A stretch of 64,000 nt of DNA from NCBI RefSeq assembly GCF_009914755.1, contig NC_060939.1. One strand, given 5' to 3'. The notes beneath the pieces were generated by a model. The model had not been told where the DNA came from and did no database searches. It was given only the letters and a program-made list of their open reading frames with translations. Below are positions 59,001 through 64,000 of the stretch, one piece after another (the stretch's first letter is position 1; every line of letters starts with the position of its first letter). Origin of the DNA: the human T2T-CHM13v2.0 reference genome, Homo sapiens. The translations under genes and the position numbers were made by a program.

Positions 59001-62000
59001 CCATGCTATATCTATAAATTCAATTCGAGACCATTGCTTTTGAGTCCATTCTATATGATTCCATTCCATTCAAGTCCATTACATTTGGTTCAATTCCATT
59101 CCATTCCATTCCCTTCCATTCCATTCCAGTTGATATCAATCCATTCGATTCCATTCCATTCGAGCACATTCCATTCGAGTCCATTCCATTCGATGCCATT
59201 CCATTTGATTCTATTCCATTAGTCTCCATTCAATTCCATTAATCTCCATTCCATTCCATTCTACTCCAACTGATTCCATTCCATTCTATTCCTTTCCATT
59301 CCATTTCATTCCATTCCATTCCATTTCATTCCATTCCATTCCATTCGCTTCCATTCCATTCGTGTCCATTCCACTCCAGTCCATTCCATTCGTGTCCATT
59401 CCATTCCAGTCCATTCCATTTGTGTCCACTGCATTCCATTCCACTCCATTCCATATTATTCCATTACACTCCCTTCCATTCTATTACTTTCATTTCCATT
59501 CAATTCCATTCCATTTGATTCCATTCCACTCGGTTTCATTCCATTTGAGTCCACTCCGTTCCATTCCATTCCATTCCATTCAGTTCCATTCCATTCTGTT
59601 CCATTCCATTCCGTTCCATTGCATTCCATTCCATTCGGTACCATTCCATATTGTTCCATTCGATTCCATTCGAATCCATTCCATTCCAGTCCATTCCATT
59701 CCATTCCATTCCATTCCATTCCATTCCATTCCACTTGATTCCACTCCATTCCCTTCCACTGCATTCCATTCGATTCCATTCCATTGCATTGCATTCCATT
59801 CCATTGGACTGCATTCCATTTGATTCCATTCCATTCGAATCAATTACATAGCAATCCATTACATTCGAGTCTATTCTATTCCGTTCCATTCGATTTCGTT
59901 CCAATCCATTCGATTCCATTCCATTCGATTCCATTCCATACTATTGCATTCCATTCGATTACATTATATTCGAATAAGTTCCATTCAAGACCATTTCTTT
60001 TGAGTCCATTCTATTTGAGTCCATTCCCTTTGATTCCATAACATTTGAGTCCATTCAATTCCATTCCTTTCGTTTGCATTCCATTTGATGCCATTCCATT
60101 CAATTCTGTTCTACTCGACTCCAATACATTCAATTCCATTCCATCCGATTCCATTACATTCTTTTCATTTCTTATCCATTTCAAGCCATTCCACTCCACT
60201 CCATTCCACTCGTTTCCTTTCCATTCGAGTCCATTCCTCTCCAGTCCATTCCGTTCAATCCATTCCATTCCAGTCCATTCCATTCGAGTCCGTTCCATTC
60301 CAGTCCATTCCATTCGAGTCAATTCCATTCCATTCGATGTCTTTCCATAACGATCCATTCCATTCTATTCCTTTCGATTCCATTCCATTCTATTTCATTC
60401 CATTCGATTCCCTTCCATTGGACTCCTTTCCATTCGAGTGCATTCCATTCCGTTCCATTTCTTTCCGTTCTGTACGATTCCTACCGTTCGATTTCATTTT
60501 GTTCCAGTCCATTCCTTTCGCGTCCATTCCATTCCATTTCACTCCATTCGATTCCATTCCACTCGATTCCACTTCGTTCCATTTCATTGCATTCCATTCT
60601 ATTCAACTCTATTGCCTTCCATTCCATTCCATTCGATTACATTCCATGCGATTCCATTCAAAATCGAATCAATTACATTGCAATCCATTACTATTGAGTC
60701 CGTTTTATTCCAGTCCACTGCATTCTGGTCCATTCCATTTGATTCCATTCCATTTTATTCCATTCCATACAGTTGCATTCCATTGGATTCCATGCTATAT
60801 CTATAAATTCAATTCGAGACCATTGCTTTTGAGTCCATTCTATATGTTTCCATTCCATTCAAGTCCATTACTTTTGGTTCAATTCCATTCCATTCCATTC
60901 CCTTCCATTCCATTCCAGTTGATATCAATCCATTCGATTCCATTCCATTCGAGCACATTCCATTCGAGTCCATTCCATTCGATGCCATTCCATTTGATTC
61001 TATTCCATTAGTCTCCATTCAATTCCATTAATCTCCATTCCATTCCATTCTACTCCAACTGATTCCATTCCATTCTATTCCTTTCCATTCCATTTCATTC
61101 CATTCCATTCCATTTCATTCCATTCCATTCCATTCGCTTCCATTCCATTCGTATCCATTCCACTCCAGTCCATTCCATTCGTGTCCATTCCATTCCAGTC
61201 CATTCCATTTGTGTCCACTGCATTCCATTCCACTCCATTCCATGTTATTCCATTACACTCCATTCCATTCTATTACTTTCATTTCCATTCAATTCCATTC
61301 CATTTGATTCCATTCCACTCGGTTTCATTCAATTTGAATCCACTCCATTCTATTCCATTCCATTCCATTCAGTTCCATTCTATTCTGTTCTATTCCATTC
61401 CGTTCCAGTGCATTCCATTCCATTCGGTACCTTTCCATATTGTTCCATTCGATTCCATTCGAATCCATTCCATTCCAGTCCATTCCATTCGATTCCATTC
61501 CATTCCTTTCAATTCCATTCCATTCCATTCCACTTGATTCCACTCCATTCCCTTCCACTGCATTCCATTCGATTCCGTTCCATTGCATTGCGTTCCATTC
61601 CATTGGACTGCATTCCATTCGATTCCATTCCATTCGAATCAATTACATAGCAATCCATTACATTCGAGTCTATTCTATTCCGTTCCATTCGATTTCATTC
61701 CAATCCATTCGATTCCATTCCATTCGATTCCATTCCATACTATTGCATTCCATTTGATTACATTATATTCGAATAAGTTCCATTCAAGACCATTTCTTTT
61801 GAGTCCATTCTATTTGAGTCCATTCCCTTTGATTCCATAACATTTGAGTCCATTCAATTCCATTCCTTTCGTTTCCATTCCATTTGATGCCATTCCATTC
61901 AATTCTGTTCTACTCGACTCCAATACATTCAATTCCATTCCATCCGATTCCATTACATTCTTTTCATTTCTTATCCATTTCAAGCCATTCCACTCCATTC

Positions 62001-64000
62001 CATTCCACTCGTTTCCTTTCCATTCGAGTCCATTCCTCTCCAGTCCATTCCGTTCAATCCATTCCATTCCAGTCCATTCCATTCGAGTCCGTTCCATTCC
62101 AGTCCATTCCATTCGAGTCAACTCCATTCCATTCGATGTCTTTCCATAACGATCCATTCCATTCTATTCCTTTCGATTCCATTCCATTCTATTTCATTCC
62201 ATTCGATTCCCTTCCATTGGACTCCTTTCCATTCGAGTGCATTCCATTCCTTTCCATTTCTTTCCGTTCTGTACGATTCCTACCGTTCGATTTCATTTTG
62301 TTCCAGTCCATTCCTTTCGCGTCCATTCCATTCCATTTCACTCCATTCGATTCCATTCCACTCGATTCCACTTCGTTCCATTTCATTGCATTCCATTCTA
62401 TTCAACTCTATTTGCCTTCCATTCCATTCCATTCGATTACATTCCATGCGATTCCATTCGAAATCGAATCAATTACATTGCAATCCATTACTATTGAGTC
62501 CGTTTTATTCCAGTCCACTGCATTCTGGTCCATTCCATTTGATTCCATTCCATTCTATTCCATTCTATACAGTTGCATTCCATTGGATTCCATGCTATAT
62601 CTATAAATTCAATTCGAGACCATTGCTTTTGAGTCCATTCTATATGATTCCATTCCATTCAAGTCCATTACATTTGGTTCAATTCCATTCCATTCCATTC
62701 CCTTCCATTCCATTCCAGTTGATATCAATCCATTCGATTCCATTCCATTCGAGCACATTCCATTCGAGTCCATTCCATTCGATGCCATTCCATTTGATTC
62801 TATTCCATTAGTCTCCATTCAATTCCATTAATCTCCATTCCATTCCATTCTACTCCAACTGATTCCATTCCATTCTATTCCTTTCCATTCCATTTCATTC
62901 CATTCCATTCCATTTCATTCCATTCCATTCCATTCGTGTCCATTCCACTCCAGTCCATTCCATTCGTGTCCACTCCATTCCAGTCCATTCCATTTGTGTC
63001 CCCTGCATTCCATTACACTCCATTCCATATTATTCCATTACACTCCATTCAATTCTATTACTTTCATTTCCATTCAATTCCATTCCATTTGATTCCATTC
63101 CACTCGGTTTCATTCCATTTGAGTCCACTCCATTCCATTCCATTCCATTCCATTCAGTTCCATTCCATTCTGTTCCATTCCATTCCGTTCCATTGCATTC
63201 CATTCCATTCGGTACCATTCCATATTGTTCCATTCGATTCCATTCGAATCCATTCCATTCCAGTCCATTCCATTCGATTCCATTCCATTCCTTTCAATTC
63301 CATTCCATTCCATTCCATTCCACTTGATTCCACTCCATTCCCTTCCACTGCATTCCATTCGATTCCATTCCATTGCATTGCATTCCATTCCATTGGACTG
63401 CATTCCATTCGATTCCATTCCATTCGAATCAATTACATAGCAATCCATTACATTCGAGTCTATTCTATTCCGTTCCATTCGATTTCGTTCCAATCCATTC
63501 GATTCCATTCCATTCGATTCCATTCCATACTATTGCATTCCATTCTATTACATTATATTCGAATAAGTTCCATTCAAGACCATTTCTTTTGAGTCCATTC
63601 TATTTGAGTCCATTCCCTTTGATTCCATAACATTTGAGTCCATTCAATTCCATTCCTTTCGTTTGCATTCCATTTGATGCCATTCCATTCAATTCTGTTC
63701 TACTCGACTCCAATACATTCAATTCCATTCCATCCGATTCCATTACATTCTTTTCATTTCTTATCCATTTCAAGCCATTCCACTCCACTCCATTCCACTC
63801 GTTTCCTTTCCATTCGAGTCCATTCCTCTCCAGTCCATTCCGTTCAATCCATTCCATTCCAGTCCATTCCATTCGAGTCCGTTCCATTCCAGTCCATTCC
63901 ATTCGAGTCAATTCCATTCCATTCGATGTCTTTCCATAACGATCCATTCCATTCTATTCCTTTCGATTCCATTCCATTCTATTTCATTCCATTCGATTCC

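Larger units (their letters stand above)
1081..63939 (+). repeat. Tandem ~1.8-kb repeat unit, 35 anchored copies plus one deleted copy and partial ends
   Basis: The landmark ...ccataacat|ttgagtccattcaattcc recurs at 1081, 2865, 4624, 6428, 8232, 10982, 12781, 14570, 17029, 18833, 20597, 22391, 24155, 25949, 27743, 29537, 31331, 33125, 34914, 36708, 38497, 40296, 42090, 43894, 45683, 47482, 49276, 51070, 52874, 54663, 56462, 58256, 60045, 61844 and 63634. Spacings are mostly 1789, 1794, 1799 or 1804 bp; the large exceptions are 2750 and 2459. Confidence 0.96.
1..64000 (+). repeat. Human satellite 3 (HSat3/satellite III) array of diverged (CATTC)n/(GAATG)n pentamers, one orientation throughout
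   Basis: Every line is CATTC with variants (CATTT, CGATT, CAGTC, GAGTC, CACTC). The + strand is very G-poor, and no strand switch or unique sequence occurs. Long pure CATTC runs, without the dominant ATGATG/CATCAT motifs of HSat2, indicate HSat3. Confidence 0.97.

Noticed and set aside
26-63947. Minus-strand MEWNG-repeat ORFs
   Set aside because: They are the direct translation of (GGAAT)n, where ATG occurs every 5 bp. This is a known source of spurious protein predictions.
1-64000. CRISPR-like or other repeat-spacer system
   Set aside because: There are no unique spacers and no associated genes; all sequence is pentamer-derived and repeats with the unit.
1-64000. Chromosome 1 HSat2 1.77-kb EcoRI repeat
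   Set aside because: It lacks HSat2 CATCAT/ATGATG-rich 23/26-bp motifs and a periodic EcoRI site; I noticed only one private GAATTC, at 30742.
1-64000. Embedded Alu, L1, alpha satellite, telomeric repeat or inversion
   Set aside because: None was seen: no GC-rich or poly-A tract, no TTAGGG array, and no switch to GGAAT on the + strand.

Overview
The whole 64 kb is one uninterrupted, single-orientation array of human-type classical satellite 3 (HSat3/satellite III). It is built from diverged (CATTC)n pentamers, with the pyrimidine-rich strand on +, organised into about 36 tandem units of about 1.79-1.80 kb. Each unit normally carries one KpnI site, which fits the chromosome 15p D15Z1-type array (inferred, not verified). 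I saw no genes, RNA genes, transposons, CRISPR arrays or inversions; the ORF track reflects the stop-poor pentamer. The interesting content is array architecture: an old internal duplication inside the 1.8-kb unit (offset about 829 bp), an 848-bp deletion near 9.66 kb, a chimeric 660-bp duplication near 16.26 kb, a two-unit block copied about 9.9 kb away, local higher-order repeats (3.56/3.59-kb and 3.58-kb dimers, an 8.98-kb pentamer with 7.19-kb and 5.38-kb variants), and indels almost always in multiples of 5 bp. I found no evidence of a new coding system. The most plausible function is a dense TEAD-motif platform, a role already proposed for HSat3.
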